DNA of 64,000 nucleotides from Spirogloea muscicola (Eukaryota): positions 852,697-916,696 of the forward strand of contig WELB01000007.1 in assembly GCA_009602725.1 (NCBI GenBank), in the 5' to 3' direction. The notes under the pieces are model-generated. The model worked only from the letters and a program-made list of their open reading frames with translations. It ran no database searches and had not been told where the DNA came from. Every line of letters starts with the position of its first letter. Position 1 is the stretch's first letter. This document shows positions 57,565 to 64,000 of the stretch, piece after piece. The position numbers were made by a program, and so were the translations under genes.

Positions 57565-57754
57565 GGCGGGGCGTGCTTGGAGGGGTTGTTGTGGTTGCGA
57601 GGATGCTGGCGCCGCAGGCGTGGCCGCGCGCGCCGCCACCACGGCAGCCAAGCCGGCGGGGCCGCCTCGCCGCCGCTGAACATCCCGTCCCCCGCCGGGC
57701 GCCCCACTGGGCAGCCTCTGGCGGGCACAGCTGGGTTGCTCGTCCACCCCTCAG

Positions 57755-58700
57755 CTCATCTGGCTTCCTTCTGCTGACACGGGGGTTCCATGAGCGCCCG
57801 TCTTCCTAGCCTGTCGCTTCACTAACACAGTCATGGATCCTCGTCTGTGTGCACCTGGCGGGCTTTCACAGCCGACGTTTGTCGCGCTTGCAGTCGACGT
57901 CCGCGGGCGTTTGAACTCGCTGGCTCGACCTACTCCAGCGGCTTGCGCGGTGTGCTGTGTCCCGCCGACGGGAGAAAACAGCTTTACTAAATTGACAGCA
58001 ATGGCTGTGAGAGGCAAGCCCAAAAGGAAGGACAAGGTCTGAAGGGCCGGATGGCGCAAAAAGCAGGATACTAGTCCTCAAGACGTCAGCAAGGGGTCTC
58101 TCAATGGAGAAAGACGCGTTAACGAGAGGGCGGTGGCTGGAGAGGAGAGGCCTGCCCAGACTAAGAATGGACAAAATTCGAAGGCGCCAAGGGAAAGCGC
58201 TAAAGCACACGTGGAATCAACCAGCTACGAAAAACTCAGTAACCCTTGCTAAGCAGCCGGAGGTTGGAGAAATTGGTCTCAATAACCTCTAGTTAGTGAG
58301 TGCAAGTCAGATTAACCAAGGGCAGCAGAGCTAGCAGCCCGGCTTCAATGTAGGGTCGTTTGCTCAAGTGTGCGGGATGCGCCTTGCCGTCTCCTGCAGT
58401 GGTCCTTGGCATTTGCCGACCCCTTGCGTGTAGGCCGCGCCTTGGATGCTGCCTCCTGGGTCCGACAGGGCGACGCTTTTCCACCCTCTCGTTATTCTGA
58501 TGCAAACTTGCTGACTAGAGGTCATTGAGCGCCCACTCGCAGGAGTCATCAAATATAGTTTCGTGCTTTCTGCACCATTAAGCCCTTTCGGACCTTGTAC
58601 ACTCCTTTGGGATGGCATCTCACAGCCATTGCCTTATTTGGAGAAGCTATTTCCTTTCATACCAGCAGCCGAAAATCTTTCTACTGGGGAGCCTTCACCA
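57755..58700. mobile_element. Cluster of at least four CRE-like 3'-end fragments in both orientations
   Basis: Termini LLTRG (+, ~57775), NLRLLSKGY* (-, ~58236), SDLHSLTRGY* (-, ~58280) and GFNVGSFAQV..MRLAVS...SDANLLTRGH* (+, 58340-58528), each with UTR modules. Confidence 0.7.
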
Positions 58701-59401
58701 CCTCCGTCGGCGTGCCATGGCCCCGCCAGGATCCACGGCACCCCCGAGTCCCCAAGCCCCCAAGCCTCAGCCCCCAGCCCCCCAGCTCCTCAGCAAGCCT
58801 TCCTGTGCGGAGAGAGGCCCGTCCCACCAGCTCAAGTCTGTCGTGTAGGTGCTCGCCCGCAGTCCCCCTGTGTGCACTCGGATGGCATTCACAGCCGCCC
58901 TTACGCAGGGACGTTCTTCTGAGATTGTATTCTCTGTGACTGCCTATGTAGTCCTGGACTATGCTGCAGAATAGGTACCATAGCTGCTGCAAGGCCACTT
59001 CCTCGTTCTCCAGGCCTGCCTGCTACATAGCAGGAAGAATCCTCCCTCTTGTGAGGGTCTTCTTCAGAAGCAGCTGGAGGGATGCCCCCTCCAGCGAGGA
59101 TCTTCTATAGAAGACAAATGCTGTGCAGCCTGTGACATGCTGCAAGCACATGTGCTTAAGCTCCACGTCATTTGGAAGTGAAGTCCAACTGGTGCTTGCT
59201 TCTTCTGCCCCTCGAAAACAGTACATGCTTGAAACGGGCAAAATTTTCTTCTGGTGACAAAGAAGGTCCTAAGACCAATCTGTGCAGCCGCCTCAACATT
59301 CACAACTGGCAGATTGGACAACGCACTCTTGCCACGATGAGCAGCAATTTCTTGTATCTTGCTACAAAAGTCTGCAAGTGAAGCTGCACAACTTTTCTAG
59401 T

Positions 59402-64000
<4,599 letters not shown>

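Overview
Intron-rich, plant-type eukaryotic nuclear DNA. GC-rich 5' exons and short GT-AG introns suggest a streptophyte alga, which is an inference. It is a draft assembly with three N gaps and two gap-adjacent poly(A) artefacts. Recognisable genes: CTC1 (+, 5' end apparently decayed), a WVD2/WDL TPX2-domain protein (-), GILT thiol reductase (-), organellar-type RPS16 (+), an ETR-like MDR oxidoreductase (+), NF-YB (-), PRP19/MAC3 (-), an EDR1-like Raf kinase (+) and the 3' part of UDP-glucose pyrophosphorylase (-). There is also an orphan LepA/GUF1 exon and a stop-interrupted gene whose domain resembles both plant DUF7054-type proteins and the SIN1 CRIM domain. The main accessory feature is a ~9.7-kb scrambled, largely palindromic Ty3/gypsy remnant (22025-31697). 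It carries a DNMT3-like C5 cytosine methyltransferase domain directly upstream of RT and a captured host DXR fragment in both arms, fused in frame to integrase in one arm. Intergenic spacers hold ~19 nested 3'-end fragments of RLE-type (CRE-like) non-LTR retroelements. These share an ...SDLxLLTRGY* terminus and a double-hairpin UTR module, and two insertions have visible target-site duplications. A diverged fold-back of a copia LTR-PBS-gag start forms a second TE-derived hairpin. All protein identifications rest on remembered family motifs, not database searches.
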